Source of the DNA: Vulcanimicrobiales bacterium
Lineage (GTDB): Bacteria > Vulcanimicrobiota > Vulcanimicrobiia > Vulcanimicrobiales > Vulcanimicrobiaceae
Length of the DNA stretch: 64,000 nucleotides
Reading direction: 5' to 3'
Assembly (NCBI GenBank): GCA_038231455.1
Contig: JBBRLI010000001.1
Coordinates: forward strand, 1-64,000
In this document: positions 1 to 11,109 of the stretch, piece by piece
Numbering within the stretch: the first letter of the stretch is position 1
Layout: each line of letters begins with the position of its first letter
The notes under the pieces: generated by a model
What the model was told of the DNA's origin: nothing
What the model saw: only the letters and a program-made list of their open reading frames with translations
The model's database searches: none
Made by a program: the position numbers and the translations under genes

Positions 1-2
1 AC

Positions 3-512
3 GTCGCCATCGTCGGCCTCGGCGGCCTGGGTCACATGGGAGTGAAGATCGCGCACGCGCTGGGCGCGAACGTTACGGTCCTTAGCCAGTCACTCTCGAA
101 AGAAGCCGACGGCAAGCGCCTCGGCGCCGACCACTATCTCGCGACGTCCGATCCGAAGACGTTCGAAAAACTCGCCGGGACCTTCGACCTGATCGTCAAC
201 ACGGTCTCGGCCGTACTCGACTGGAACGCGTACGTGAGTCTGCTCAAGACCGACGGCACGATGGTCGTTGTCGGGATCCCCGAGTCAGCGATCCCCGTGC
301 ACGCATTTAGCCTCGTGATGGGACGCCGCAGCCTTGCCGGATCGCTCATCGGCGGCATTGCTGAGACCCAAGAAATGCTCGATTTCTGCAGCAAGCACAA
401 CCTCGTGAGCGACGTCGAAGTCATAAGCGCAAGCGACATCAACGCGGCCTACGACCGCGTCGTGAAGAGCGACGTGCGGTACCGATTCGTCATCGACATC
501 TCCACGCTCTAG
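3..512 (+). CDS. NAD(P)-dependent Zn alcohol dehydrogenase (cinnamyl-alcohol dehydrogenase/AdhC type), 5'-partial
   Basis: Frame is open from the window edge: [12 protein letters not shown] Rossmann motif, [15 protein letters not shown]-terminal DVRYRFVID. Confidence 0.9.
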   Translation, partial: VAIVGLGGLGHMGVKIAHALGANVTVLSQSLSKEADGKRLGADHYLATSDPKTFEKLAGTFDLIVNTVSAVLDWNAYVSLLKTDGTMVVVGIPESAIPVHAFSLVMGRRSLAGSLIGGIAETQEMLDFCSKHNLVSDVEVISASDINAAYDRVVKSDVRYRFVIDISTL

Positions 513-530
513 TCGGACCGAGCCCCTCCA

Positions 531-563
531 CGAAAGTCGCCCGCTTCGCGAGCGGCTTTTTCG
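531..563 (+). terminator. Probable intrinsic terminator
   Basis: GAAAGTCGCCCGC-TTC-GCGAGCGGCTTTTT hairpin (with G-U pairs) plus T-tract shortly after the ADH stop. Confidence 0.65.
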
Positions 564-676
564 TGTCCGCACCCGCGGCTTCGATCGAATCGAGGAGGGG
601 TTGCCTGCTTCGGGGTGTCGGTCTGCGCCAGAAGCCGTTGACGGGAACCGCTTCCTGGTTCTATCGTCAACCTGGT

Positions 677-2182
677 ATGTCCACACAGCAAACCGATATC
701 GTCCTCGTCGGCGGCGGCATCATGAGCGCCACCTTGGCCTCCATGCTCAAAGAGCTGCGCCCCGAGCTGAACGTCGAAATCTTTGAAGCCCTCGCCAGCC
801 CCGCCGAAGAGAGTTCCAACCCCTGGAACAACGCCGGGACCGGCCATGCCGCGCTCTGCGAACTGAACTACACGCCACAGAACGCCGACGGCAGTGTGGG
901 CATCTCGCGGGCTCTGGTCGTCAACACCCAGTACGATCTCTCGCGTCAATTCTGGGCGTTCATGGTTAAGAACGGCAAGATGGGTGCGCCCGAGTCGTTC
1001 ATCCACGACGTGCCGCACATCAGTTTTGTGTGGGGTGAGGACAACGTCGCATTCCTGCGCAAACGCTTTGAGGCGATGAGCGCCCACCACTGCTTCAAAG
1101 GCATGGAGTACAGCGAAGATCATGCCGTGCTCGCGCAGTGGATGCCCCTCGTTATGGAAGGGCGCGATCCCGCGCAGCGCGTGGCCGGTACCCGCATGCT
1201 TACCGGAACCGACGTCGACTACGGCGCGGTCACCGAACAACTCCTGGCACATCTACGCGTGACCGCGGGCGTCAATGTTTCGTATTCGCATCGCGTCTCG
1301 AATCTCAAACGCTCGGCAAGCGGCGCGTGGGACGTAACGGTCAAAGACGAAAAAAGCGGCACATCGCGGACGATTTCCGCGAAGACGGTGTTTCTTGGCG
1401 CCGGCGGCGGCGCGCTTTCGCTGCTGCAAAAATCCGGTATCCCCGAGGGCAAAGGCTACGGCGGCTTCCCTGTCAGCGGCATCTTCTTACGCTGCGACGA
1501 TCCGGACGTCATCGCGCGTCACGAAGCAAAAGTGTACGGCAAAGCCTCGGTCGGCGCTCCGCCGATGTCGGTTCCGCATTTAGATACGCGATTCGTCGAT
1601 GGAAAGAAATCGCTGCTCTTCGGACCTTATGCGGGCTTCTCGACGAAGTTCCTCAAGAGCGGTTCGTATGGCGATCTCTTCGCCTCCGTGAAGCCCGATA
1701 ACATCGGGCCGCTGCTCTCCGTCGGTCGCGACAACTTCGACTTAACAAAATATCTCATCGGCGAAGTGTTGGCATCGAAAGATAGCAAGTACGCATCGCT
1801 CCACGAGTATTTCCCGAATGCCGATCCGACCAAGTGGCATTTTAGCGTCGCGGGCCAGCGCGTCCAAGTGATCATGCCCGATGAAAAGACCGGCGGCAAA
1901 CTCGAATTCGGCACGAAGGTCGTTGCCGCAGCGGACGGTTCGATCGCGGCGGTCCTTGGCGCATCGCCCGGCGCATCGGTTGCCGTCGCCGTGATGCTCG
2001 ATGTGATCGGCCGCCTCTTCACGGGCGATGTTCCGAATTGGAGTGAGAAACTGACCGCGATGATCCCGTCGTACGGGCAGTCGATCGCGGATGACGCCGC
2101 CCTCGCTCAGCGCGTGCGCGAATACTCCGCGGACGCACTGCACCTTACGCGTCCGCCGGTGGCAATCGGAACCCAAAGGTAA
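677..2182 (+). CDS. mqo: Malate:quinone oxidoreductase
   Basis: [54 protein letters not shown] motifs. Start moved to ATG 677. Confidence 0.95.
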   Translation: MSTQQTDIVLVGGGIMSATLASMLKELRPELNVEIFEALASPAEESSNPWNNAGTGHAALCELNYTPQNADGSVGISRALVVNTQYDLSRQFWAFMVKNGKMGAPESFIHDVPHISFVWGEDNVAFLRKRFEAMSAHHCFKGMEYSEDHAVLAQWMPLVMEGRDPAQRVAGTRMLTGTDVDYGAVTEQLLAHLRVTAGVNVSYSHRVSNLKRSASGAWDVTVKDEKSGTSRTISAKTVFLGAGGGALSLLQKSGIPEGKGYGGFPVSGIFLRCDDPDVIARHEAKVYGKASVGAPPMSVPHLDTRFVDGKKSLLFGPYAGFSTKFLKSGSYGDLFASVKPDNIGPLLSVGRDNFDLTKYLIGEVLASKDSKYASLHEYFPNADPTKWHFSVAGQRVQVIMPDEKTGGKLEFGTKVVAAADGSIAAVLGASPGASVAVAVMLDVIGRLFTGDVPNWSEKLTAMIPSYGQSIADDAALAQRVREYSADALHLTRPPVAIGTQR

Positions 2183-2228
2183 GCTAGCCTATGGAAGATC
2201 CGGGCGTTATCGGAGCATACTTGCTGCG

Positions 2229-3116
2229 ATGACATCTCGATCTGCGGCCGCGGCGCTGCTCGCCGTCCTGTTACTCGCGACCCCTGCGCCGACACCGGCG
2301 GCGATGCTCCCGGTCATCGCTGCGCCGATTCGTTCGAGTGGTCTTGCCACGGGCCGATCGTTCGAGGCGTGGGTCCAACTCGCGAACACGAACGATTCGC
2401 GCGTCCTTGGGCTCTCGATGCGGCGCGGGGATCGCATTCGCATTCGCTTTCCGCGTGCGTTCATGCCCCTCGCCGGCGATCCGACGGCGTATCTGCTCTA
2501 CGGCTGGCCGCAAGGCGACATTCCGATGAATTTCCGCGTGTCCCGAAACGCCGGCGATCCGCGCACCATCGACATTGCAATTCAGTCCGGGATCGACGCC
2601 GTTTCATCGGCGATGCCGGGTCTCAAATCGATCCACCTTATCGCTCCGCTGCGCAATCCAGTGCCCGGCATCTATCATTTGGCCGTGGAGACGACGATCG
2701 CCGGGATACGCAAGCTCGGCGAAACCAGCGTCCGGATTGAAGCCGAGTCGTTCGGTAAAATCGCGCCGTTCAATGGCCTGCACGGTGGGAAAAATGAGAA
2801 CGATTTGCGCGTCGCGCGCAACGCGCGTTTGCCGATGGCGCTGGACTTTCTCGTCACCGATCGCAGCGACGACCACCCCGGGGGGATCAGCGTCGTTACG
2901 TACGGGGATCGTCCAAGCGAGGCGGTGGTCATGCATAACGGCAAACGCATCGGCACGATCGCCGGCTCGCCCGGTATTGTGCTCGAGAGCATCGCGGCGG
3001 CCGTCGACGGCGTCGTTCGCTTGCGGGTCATCGCGCCGAACAAAGTCGGTGCCGCCTATCTGCGCGCAGCTCTCGACGGCGGCACGACAAGCGTCCTCCG
3101 AATCCACGTCCACTAG
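2229..3116 (+). CDS. Hypothetical secreted protein
   Basis: Signal-peptide-like N-terminus MTSRSAAAALLAVLLLA; CATACT 7 nt upstream of the ATG; no family recognised. Confidence 0.6.
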   Translation: MTSRSAAAALLAVLLLATPAPTPAAMLPVIAAPIRSSGLATGRSFEAWVQLANTNDSRVLGLSMRRGDRIRIRFPRAFMPLAGDPTAYLLYGWPQGDIPMNFRVSRNAGDPRTIDIAIQSGIDAVSSAMPGLKSIHLIAPLRNPVPGIYHLAVETTIAGIRKLGETSVRIEAESFGKIAPFNGLHGGKNENDLRVARNARLPMALDFLVTDRSDDHPGGISVVTYGDRPSEAVVMHNGKRIGTIAGSPGIVLESIAAAVDGVVRLRVIAPNKVGAAYLRAALDGGTTSVLRIHVH

Positions 3117-3199
3117 CGACCGGACCGAAAAATCAGCGCTGTTGACCCTTCAGCTCGACTGCTACAGTTCTCCTCATCACCTAACTCTTTGGAGGGAAC

Positions 3200-3544
3200 A
3201 TGAAGCACATCTCGCCGCGGTTCGTCTTGGGTTTGGCCGTGATCTCGCTCGTTGGAATGGGGGTGACCGACGCGGTCCGCGCGGCTTCGTCGAACGAGGG
3301 AACGCTGATCTGCCGCGTTACGCAGAGCGGCGAGGCAGCGAACGCCAAAATGATCGGCGCGCCGACCACCCTCGTCTGTAAGCCGCTAGACCCCGGCGTG
3401 ACGCTAAAAACCATCGGCACGGTGAAATCGCGAAGCGTGCGCGAGATGGGACCCGACCTCACGGGCGCCCTTACCCCCGCTCAGGTCGATGCCGCGTGGA
3501 AAAAGCACGTTGAGGCGATGATCCAAATCGATCGCACCCCCTAG
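3200..3544 (+). CDS. Small hypothetical secreted protein
   Basis: GGAGG SD, hydrophobic signal peptide, two Cys. Confidence 0.65.
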   Translation: MKHISPRFVLGLAVISLVGMGVTDAVRAASSNEGTLICRVTQSGEAANAKMIGAPTTLVCKPLDPGVTLKTIGTVKSRSVREMGPDLTGALTPAQVDAAWKKHVEAMIQIDRTP

Positions 3545-3615
3545 CTGCAAGATCGATGCAAGCCATTTCCAAGGAAAAGGCTTGCTAAGGGAACTTTCTT
3601 GTATATACTGCGGTG

Positions 3616-4982
3616 ATGAAGCATCTACGGGTGACCTCGTTTTTCGTGGTGGCCGGACTTGCAGCGGCTCTTGCCGCTTGCTCCGGCAGCGGGTCCATGG
3701 CACCCGGGGATGCGGAGTCTTCGCTCGGCAACGCCCGCTCGATCGCAAGCCTCGGCTCACTTGGCAGCTACAACATCGACAAGACAAAAACGACCGTCGC
3801 CGGGATTTCGTCGGGCGGCTTCATGGCCGTGCAACTCCAGGTCGCGTATTCCGCGACCTTTCATTTTGCCGCCATCTATGCCGGCGGACCGTACTACTGC
3901 GCTCAAAACAGCCTGAGCAACGCGCAAACGATCTGCCAGTACGCGACGTCAAGTTCCCTTGCCGCCTCCGAGAGCTATCTTGATCGTCAGTCCGCAACCG
4001 GCACGATCGATTCAAAAACCAACTTGAATGGCCAGAAGGCGTACCTGTTTTCGGGGACATCGGATTATACCGTCGAGCAAAAGACGATGAACGATCTCAA
4101 CACCGAGTATCAGCACTACGGCGTCGCGACGAAGTACGACAATAGCTACGCGGCGGGGCACGGCTGGGAATCACCTGATGGCGAAGTCGCGTGCGGCACG
4201 ACGGCAAGTCCGTACATTTCAACTGCAGCGGCTATGACTCGGAGAACACGTGGCTGACGTATTTCTTCGGCTCGCCAAATGCAAAAAATACGGGTGCCGC
4301 AACCGGCAGGCTCGTCAACTTCGATCAAACGCCCTACGGTGGTGGCGCAAACGATCTCGATACGAACGGCTACCTGTACGTACCGAATACGTGCGCGGGC
4401 GGCGTGCAGTGCAAACTCATTGTGGCTCTCGACGGCTGCGTGCAGACGCAATCCGCGATCGGAACAAAATTCATCACCGAGGCGGGACTCAATAAATACG
4501 CCGACACGAATGCGTTTCTCGTCCTCTATCCGTACCAAGTGTCAAGCTCGACGCCAAATAATCCCAACGGCTGTTGGGACTGGTGGGGATTCGAGGGTTC
4601 GAATTATGCACTGCGAAGCGGGCCACAAATGACGGCGATCAAAAAAATGGTCGACCGCGTACAATCCGGCGGCGGCCCGACGCCCACGCCCTCACCAACG
4701 CCATCGCCTTCACCAACGCCAGGTCCCTCGAGTTCGCCGACGATCACCCCGGTGCCGTCAGCGACGCCGACCGCAACGCCGACGCCGGCCGCGACACCAA
4801 CGCCCGCGCCCATCTGCACGACTGCAGCAAATTACTATCACGTACTCGCCGGACGCGCGCACGATAGCTTCGGTTATGCGCTCGCGAATGGATCGAACCA
4901 AAACATGGGTCTCGATAACGTCTTCTATCAGACGACGCTCAAGAAAACAGGGCCAAACTATTACGTCATCGGCTGTCCGTAG
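3616..4982 (+). CDS. phaZ: Extracellular short-chain PHA (PHB) depolymerase, catalytic type 2, with lipoprotein signal, PT linker and C-terminal PHB-binding domain; frameshifted at about 4217-4220
   Basis: Lipobox LAAC; N-proximal lipase box GISSGG; NPNGCWDWWG; C-terminal NYYHVLAGRAH...ANGSNQNMGL...YYVIGC. ORFs 3613-4257 and 4191-4982 join if one base is added in TTT 4217-4219. Confidence 0.85.
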
Positions 4983-4995
4983 AAACGCAAGGCGA

Positions 4996-5904
4996 TCAAG
5001 CTCGCAGACGCTCGACATCAAAGAGGTCGCTTGCAACCCGCTTGATTCGCGAGCGAAACCAGCCATGCGGCCCCGAGGTATCGAGCCGCTTGTGCCAGAG
5101 CAATGAGTATGAAAACCCACCGATTTCCGCAGGAGCGGCCAACATTCGAACCGGCGCGACGTTCCGATAGCTCATTGCTAACCGCCGCGGCAGCGTGAGA
5201 ATGAGCGTCGTCTGCGCGGCGGCAAACACCGCCGAACCCGCAAACGGCGTAACGTAGCCGATGCGTCGCGGCTGGCCGCGCGCGACGAGCGGTTGATCGA
5301 TCGACGGTTGCCAACCGCGCATGATGTCGACGACGGCGTGCCGGCACGCAAGATAACTCTCCAGACTCACACGGTTCCCGCGAATCGGGTGATCGAGGCT
5401 AGCCATGCAGACGTAGTCTTCCTCGAACAGCGGCTCGCAGACGAGCGAACTTGGCGGATCATCCGCACTCATGATGGCCGCGTCGAGACGGCCCGTTTCG
5501 AGATCGTCATAACTGCGTTCGTTCCAAGCCATCATGCTCAGCCCAGAGCCCGGCGAGCGCTCTTCGAGATCGCGCAAGAGATGTGGGACGAACACCGCGC
5601 TTGCATAATCGGTGGTTGCAACGCGAAACCGCATGTCATAATGTTCGGGCAAGAATTGACTCCCGGCCACCGTCGATTCGATGCGATTGAGGACCTCGCG
5701 AAATTCGGCCAAGATCGCATCGCCGCGTGGCGTCCGCCCGTAGTTTCGTCCGTTGCGGACCAGTAACTCGTCGCCAAACGTGGAGCGAAGTCGCTCGAGA
5801 ATGCGGCTCATCGCCGGTTGGCTCATCTCGCAGCGTTCGGCGGCGCGTGAGACGTGGAGCTCTTCGAGCAGGACGCAGAGCGGCCGTATCAGGTTGAGAT
5901 CCAC
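4996..5904 (-). CDS. LysR family transcriptional regulator (NodD/Nac-like)
   Basis: MDLNLIRPL...HVSRAAE...SQPAMSRILERLR HTH followed by a substrate-binding domain. Confidence 0.92.
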   Translation of the reverse strand: MDLNLIRPLCVLLEELHVSRAAERCEMSQPAMSRILERLRSTFGDELLVRNGRNYGRTPRGDAILAEFREVLNRIESTVAGSQFLPEHYDMRFRVATTDYASAVFVPHLLRDLEERSPGSGLSMMAWNERSYDDLETGRLDAAIMSADDPPSSLVCEPLFEEDYVCMASLDHPIRGNRVSLESYLACRHAVVDIMRGWQPSIDQPLVARGQPRRIGYVTPFAGSAVFAAAQTTLILTLPRRLAMSYRNVAPVRMLAAPAEIGGFSYSLLWHKRLDTSGPHGWFRSRIKRVASDLFDVERLRA

Positions 5905-5933
5905 CTATACCGTCCCCCGTATAGTACGTATGA

Positions 5934-5949
5934 TAAAATGAGCATTTTA
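5934..5949. promoter_or_regulatory. AT-rich palindrome between divergent LysR and AraC genes, candidate operator
   Basis: TAAAATG-AG-CATTTTA perfect inverted repeat. Confidence 0.4.
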
Positions 5950-6038
5950 CTTATGGCTGCGGTCAAAATATACTTCTCCTAGAGCACTGAAATCGTTGTT
6001 TTCCTTGTTACAGAGCCTGTGACAGATGTGAGGGAGAA

Positions 6039-6939
6039 GTGGTGCAATCCGGTTTTTCAAAGCGACCCCGAAGCTGGACGCGGGTACGCCTGCGCGGGGA
6101 CCGCGAAGAACTCGAGATCGTGCGGCGCACGAAGGTCTTCGTGGAGATGCACTATCGTGAACCGATCTCGCTTCGGGACGTTGCCGCAGCCCTCAACTAT
6201 TCGGCCGCTCACCTAACGCATACGTTTCGGATGCAGACCGGCTCTGCGGTTACCGCGTGGATCATCAAACGACGCATTCGGGCAGCGGTCGAAATTTGGG
6301 GCAGCGGGATGCGAAGGTCATCGACGTGTGCGAACGCGTCGGATTCAACGATCTCTGTTATTTTACACGTCAGTTTGCGAAGCTCGTGGGCATGACTCCC
6401 GGCAGATTCCGTATCGCTGCGCGCGAGAGCCCGAAATCGCTTTCGCGTTCTCTTCCTGCTCGGCTACGGGAAAAAATCGATTGCACGAGACATATCTCCA
6501 CGAGTTCCTCGCACAGATACGGGTCGATATCGAACCGATCGTCACTGCGATTGGGCCTGTCGGCGACGCACTCTACCTACCGTTCCGCATCGTAGGCGGC
6601 TCGATCGCTCGTTGCGAGCTGATCTCTCCGGTGGTCTGCGGTGTTGATTCTGCGGTTCTTTTTCCTGATGAAGTGTTCGTTCACGACGGGCGTTTCGTGG
6701 TCCGCGACGCCGACGGAGATATTCTGTTTTCGTATCAGGGCACAAGTCAAGCGCCGGAGGGAACGTACGATCGGGCTCTCGACGGAACCATGCCCGGTCC
6801 GATTCCAATACGGATGTGCGTGCAATTGAAATCGACGAACGTCGCGTGGCGGCGCCACAACCGGGGTTCCCTCATGGGAATTGGATCGTTCGATGCGGCG
6901 AGCGGACATGTACGTGCCGCTTTGCATGCCCTTTTGTAA
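6039..6939 (+). CDS. AraC-type HTH protein, probably fused to a C-terminal DUF3237-like beta domain; two apparent frameshifts (about 6296 and about 6473)
   Basis: First HTH (ISLRDVAAALNYSAAHLTHTFR) in one frame and second HTH (VIDVCERVGFNDLCYFTRQF) in the next. Adding one base in TTT 6295-6297 and one in A6 6471-6476 gives a single 300-aa ORF. Confidence 0.6.
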
Positions 6940-6945
6940 GCGGTC

Positions 6946-8562
6946 TTATTGCGAGACGGTCAGTTCGGAGGTCGAATCGAGGATTGCCGTGCCGTCATCG
7001 TCGCTGCGGTCGATCTGCGTTTGCTTGAGATCGAGCGTGAGTTGCAGTCGACGCATCACCGTATTATCAATAGCACCGCTTTTACGCAACGCTAAAAGCG
7101 CGGCGCGTTCTTCCGCGACGATACGGTTCTCGGCCTCACGCTGACGCCGTTCTTCCTCGCGTACTTCGGAATGCGCGTCTGAATCGACGCGTTGGCGCTT
7201 ACGCTCGTAGCCTTCCTTCAACGATATCGCCTGGTCGCCGGAGATCGTTCCGGCCGCTCGCAGTCGTTCGATCGATGCGAGCGCCGCGTTCACCATCGTC
7301 CGGATGGCAAGACGCAGTTCCTCTCGATCCTCATCGACTTCGTGAAAGGCAAGAGCGCGCACGACGAACGGCATGAGGAGCCCGCCACCGACGAGCGTTA
7401 CGAGAATCACCGTAAACGTAATGAAAATGATGAGGTCGCGGTCGGGAAAGGGGACGTGCGCGTTTGTTGTGAGCGGAATGGCAAGTGCTGCGGCAAGGGA
7501 CACCGTCCCGCGGAGGCCTCCCATTGCCGTCACGGTCAAATCCTTGCGATCGCTCATGCCGTGTGGCTTCATGCGGCCGAAGAATGGCAGCGCACCCTGC
7601 GCGAATATCCACGCGAATCGAACGCCGATCACAACGGCGTTCACGACGACCGCGTCGAGCAACAATTCTCCCCAGCCATGGCGTTGCACGGCGTGAGCAA
7701 CGACCGCGTTGAGTTGGATACCGAGCACGATGAAAAGCGCGACGTTCATGAGGAACACCGTGCTCTCCCACCAGCCTACTGCTTGAATCCGTGCCGCCGG
7801 CGTGATTACGACCGGCGTGACGCGATTTGCAATGACGCCCGCGACCACAACGGCGAGCACCCCTGAGACGTGAAGATACTGTGCCGGGATGTAGGCAAGG
7901 AACGGCAAGCACACGGAGATGATAACTTGGATTTGTGCATCGGCGAAACGACGCCACAGCACGATCGAGATCCCGGCTGCTGCCGCGCCGATGACCGCCG
8001 CGCCGATCGCGGCACCGAAGAACTCCAGTGTCGCCGGGCCGAGCGCGAAGTGGCCCGTCGCGACGGCTGCGACCGCCGCCGCATACAGCACGAGCGAACC
8101 CGCATCGTTGAGGAGCGATTCGCCTTCGATAACCGCGATGACGTGTCGCGGAACGCCAAGGCGTTCGGCGATTGGTGCCGACGCGATCTCATCCGTAGGT
8201 GCGACGATGGCCCCGAGTACGAATGCCGCAGCCCACGGAAGACTCGGTTCGATTGCGTGAATCACCGCAGCGACGGCCGCCGTCGTCGCCAGCACAAGGC
8301 CGATTGCAAGGGTCCAAATCCAGCGCGCGTTCAGCCGCATTGCATCGGTCGGAGCGGTGATCGACTCCCAGTACAGCAGCGGTGGAAGAAAGATCAACAG
8401 CACGAGATCGGGATTGAGGTCGAGCTGCAATCCGGGGACGAAGCCGAGCGCAAGGCCGCCGATGGTAAGGACGATCGGGTACGGAATCGTGGAACGCCGT
8501 GCGAGCGCGATAAGCGGGATCGCGCAAAAGAGCAGGACGACAACGGTCGAGATTTGGGACAT
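6946..8562 (-). CDS. Na+/H+ antiporter (CPA1/NhaP family)
   Basis: FLPPLLY, GAIVAPTD, IEGESLLND, GGLRGTVSLAAAL motifs; many transmembrane helices. Confidence 0.93.
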   Translation of the reverse strand: MSQISTVVVLLFCAIPLIALARRSTIPYPIVLTIGGLALGFVPGLQLDLNPDLVLLIFLPPLLYWESITAPTDAMRLNARWIWTLAIGLVLATTAAVAAVIHAIEPSLPWAAAFVLGAIVAPTDEIASAPIAERLGVPRHVIAVIEGESLLNDAGSLVLYAAAVAAVATGHFALGPATLEFFGAAIGAAVIGAAAAGISIVLWRRFADAQIQVIISVCLPFLAYIPAQYLHVSGVLAVVVAGVIANRVTPVVITPAARIQAVGWWESTVFLMNVALFIVLGIQLNAVVAHAVQRHGWGELLLDAVVVNAVVIGVRFAWIFAQGALPFFGRMKPHGMSDRKDLTVTAMGGLRGTVSLAAALAIPLTTNAHVPFPDRDLIIFITFTVILVTLVGGGLLMPFVVRALAFHEVDEDREELRLAIRTMVNAALASIERLRAAGTISGDQAISLKEGYERKRQRVDSDAHSEVREEERRQREAENRIVAEERAALLALRKSGAIDNTVMRRLQLTLDLKQTQIDRSDDDGTAILDSTSELTVSQ

Positions 8563-8746
8563 CCCTTAGTCTACCCGAATTCCGCCCAAGCGGGCGCTCC
8601 CGCCCGACTCCACGATCCGGGTACGGAAAATGCCGCGCGCAACCAGTCGGACCGTCGCGCGTTCGTTAGCGCTATCATCCGAGGAGACGATGACGGCACC
8701 CGTCGAGGGCCATGCTCGATCAGAGCGGCTTTTTAGGAGTTTTTGC

Positions 8747-9691
8747 GTGGCGAATCTTGCGATCCCATTCGGTTTCTCAACAACGGCCAGCGAGGTTCTC
8801 GCCGGCGTCGATCTTTCGAACAAGACGATCATCGTAACTGGCGGCGCCAGTGGTATTGGCGTCGAGACGGTGCGAGCTCTCGCCGACGCGGGCGCATCGG
8901 TCACCATCGCTGCACGTCGCGTGCAAGCCGCCGAAATCGTCGCTGAAGAGCTGCGAGCTGCTGCCCGTAGCAGCAAGATCGAAGTCCGGGAGTTGGATGT
9001 CGCGGACTTGAGCTCGGTGCGGTCCTTTGCGAGGGATTGGGACAAGCCCCTCGATGCGCTCATTAATAACGCGGGCATCATGGCCGTTCCTCAACTCGAG
9101 CGAACCGCTGAAGGTCGAGAACTCCAGTTCGCAACGAATTTCCTTGGGCACTTCGCCCTGACAATGGGCCTGTTTCGATGGCTCAAGCAACGTGTCGGTT
9201 CGCGCGTCGTCTCGGTAGCGTCGACCGGAAGCCTTTTTGGACCGGTGTTGTGGGACGATCCGGATTTCCGATTCGTCAGTTACGATCCGCTCTTAGCCTA
9301 CGCGCAGTCCAAGACCGCTTGTATTTTATTCTCCGTTGCCATCAGTCGCAAATGGGCATCCACCGGTATCACTTCAAACGCCTTGAATCCCGGAGCGATC
9401 GCAACGAATCTTCAACGACACACCGGCGGGCTCAGAACACCCGAACCGTATCGCAAGACGCTCGAACAAGGCGCTGCAAGCTCCGTGCTACTCGCGGCAT
9501 CACCCTGGTTAAACAACGTGAGCGGTCGGTATTTCGATAACTGCAACGAAGCGGACTCGGTCGATGCCCGTCCCACCGGACTCCTGACCGGCGTCGCCGG
9601 CTACGCGCTGGACGCCGCGAACGCGGACCGCCTGTGGGATATAGCGACGCGCATGATCGGAGACTCCTTTGGAGTTGATCTCACGCCGTAG
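8747..9691 (+). CDS. SDR family oxidoreductase (retinol dehydrogenase/WWOX-like)
   Basis: TGGASGIG, NNAG, YAQSK. GTG start after AGGAG. Confidence 0.9.
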   Translation: MANLAIPFGFSTTASEVLAGVDLSNKTIIVTGGASGIGVETVRALADAGASVTIAARRVQAAEIVAEELRAAARSSKIEVRELDVADLSSVRSFARDWDKPLDALINNAGIMAVPQLERTAEGRELQFATNFLGHFALTMGLFRWLKQRVGSRVVSVASTGSLFGPVLWDDPDFRFVSYDPLLAYAQSKTACILFSVAISRKWASTGITSNALNPGAIATNLQRHTGGLRTPEPYRKTLEQGAASSVLLAASPWLNNVSGRYFDNCNEADSVDARPTGLLTGVAGYALDAANADRLWDIATRMIGDSFGVDLTP

Positions 9692-9744
9692 CTAGCGAAA
9701 CATTGGTCTAACGGGCCTTACGCGATGCGTGCTAATTTGATCTC

Positions 9745-10728
9745 ATGAACAAGTACCGCTCGCATTCCGAGGCGACTCGAGGTTTATTCCTCGCCAGCGG
9801 AGCCACTGTTTTCGGCGCCGCAACATTTACGGTTACCGAACGGGACGCGCTGGCTGCTTCACCACGAGCGCTTGCGCAGCGGGGGGTTCCCATGACGAAC
9901 TACATCACCGCGACCGATGGCGCGCAGATTTACTATAAAGATTGGGGCACTGGTCGGCCGATCGTCTTTAGTCATGGCTGGCCACTTACTGCCGATGCCT
10001 GGGAAGACGCGATGTTCTTTCTTGCATCGAACGGGTACCGTTGTATCGCCGCCGATCGCCGCGGTCACGGACGCTCGAGCCAAACCTGGGGCGGCAATGA
10101 TATCGACACGTACGCGGACGATCTCGCGGAACTCGTCGGGCAGCTCGATCTCAAAGACGCGATCCATATCGGCCATTCGACGGGCGGCGGCGAAGTCGCT
10201 CGCTATGTCGGACGCCACGGCACGAAGTGCGTTGCCGGCCTCGTCTTGGTCAGCGACATCACGCCGGCGATGCTCAAGTCGGCATCGAACCCGCTGGGCA
10301 CGCCAATCGAAGCCTACGACCGAATCCGAGCGGGCGTTCACGCCGACCGGGCGCAGTTTTTTCGGGACATCAGCGGTCCGTTCTACGGAGCGAACCGCCC
10401 CGGTGCGAACGTCTCGCAAGGTCTTCAAGATTTTTTCGTCTTGCAGTCGCTCATGGCGGGGATGCCCGCATGTTACTTCGGTGTTCAACCCTCATCCGAA
10501 GTGGACTTCACCGGCGACCTGCGCAGAATCGACGTTCCGACACTCATCGTCCACGGAAGTGACGACCAATTCGTTCCTCTTGCCGATTCGGCGCTTTTGT
10601 CTTCCAAAATCGTCAAGGATGCAAAGCTTCTCATTTACGAGGGTGCGCCGCATGGTTTGCCTTCGACCGAGAAAGACCGGCTCAACGCGGACCTCCTTAC
10701 GTTCGCGCGCTCGCTGAAGAACGGGTGA
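9745..10728 (+). CDS. Alpha/beta hydrolase, non-heme haloperoxidase/arylesterase family (alternative start 9892)
   Basis: [26 protein letters not shown] nucleophile, HGSDDQ, GAPHG. Confidence 0.92.
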   Translation: MNKYRSHSEATRGLFLASGATVFGAATFTVTERDALAASPRALAQRGVPMTNYITATDGAQIYYKDWGTGRPIVFSHGWPLTADAWEDAMFFLASNGYRCIAADRRGHGRSSQTWGGNDIDTYADDLAELVGQLDLKDAIHIGHSTGGGEVARYVGRHGTKCVAGLVLVSDITPAMLKSASNPLGTPIEAYDRIRAGVHADRAQFFRDISGPFYGANRPGANVSQGLQDFFVLQSLMAGMPACYFGVQPSSEVDFTGDLRRIDVPTLIVHGSDDQFVPLADSALLSSKIVKDAKLLIYEGAPHGLPSTEKDRLNADLLTFARSLKNG

Positions 10729-10731
10729 ACG

Positions 10732-11109
10732 ATGAACTTTGAACTGCCGGCGATCGCGAAGCCCGAGTCGCAACCGGCGCCGCACTTAATCGTCGCCCCA
10801 CCGGTTGCCGAAGTGCTCGATCGCGGTCTTCTCGTCCTGCAGTACCGTACGGAGAATCTCCGCATCGTTGAGGTTTTCGGAGTTGGTGGCGCTAGTGTCA
10901 TTCCGCGCATCGGCCACGTGCATGTGTCCGTGGACGACTCCCTCTGGCACTGGGTCGGCGCGAGCGGAGAGCCGATTATCATCCAGGGCCTGCTGCCCGG
11001 TGAACATCGCGTGCGCATCGACCTAGCCGATCCCATGCACCGCGTCATCGAGACGAGCACCGTAGAATTCGTGATCCCGCCGCGCCCATTTGCAAATGAG
11101 AAACGCTGA
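10732..11109 (+). CDS. DUF6130-like protein
   Basis: [11 protein letters not shown]...[22 protein letters not shown]; lies between the two hydrolases. Confidence 0.7.
   Translation: MNFELPAIAKPESQPAPHLIVAPPVAEVLDRGLLVLQYRTENLRIVEVFGVGGASVIPRIGHVHVSVDDSLWHWVGASGEPIIIQGLLPGEHRVRIDLADPMHRVIETSTVEFVIPPRPFANEKR

Noticed and set aside
4670-4810. Repetitive ACGCCG tracts (also near 33300, 37990 and 47700)
   Set aside because: They encode Pro/Thr linkers; not CRISPR repeats or DNA-level repeat elements.
6467-6477. Programmed -1 frameshift at GGGAAAAAA
   Set aside because: The heptamer is not in canonical X XXY YYZ phase for the incoming frame; homopolymer undercalling is simpler.
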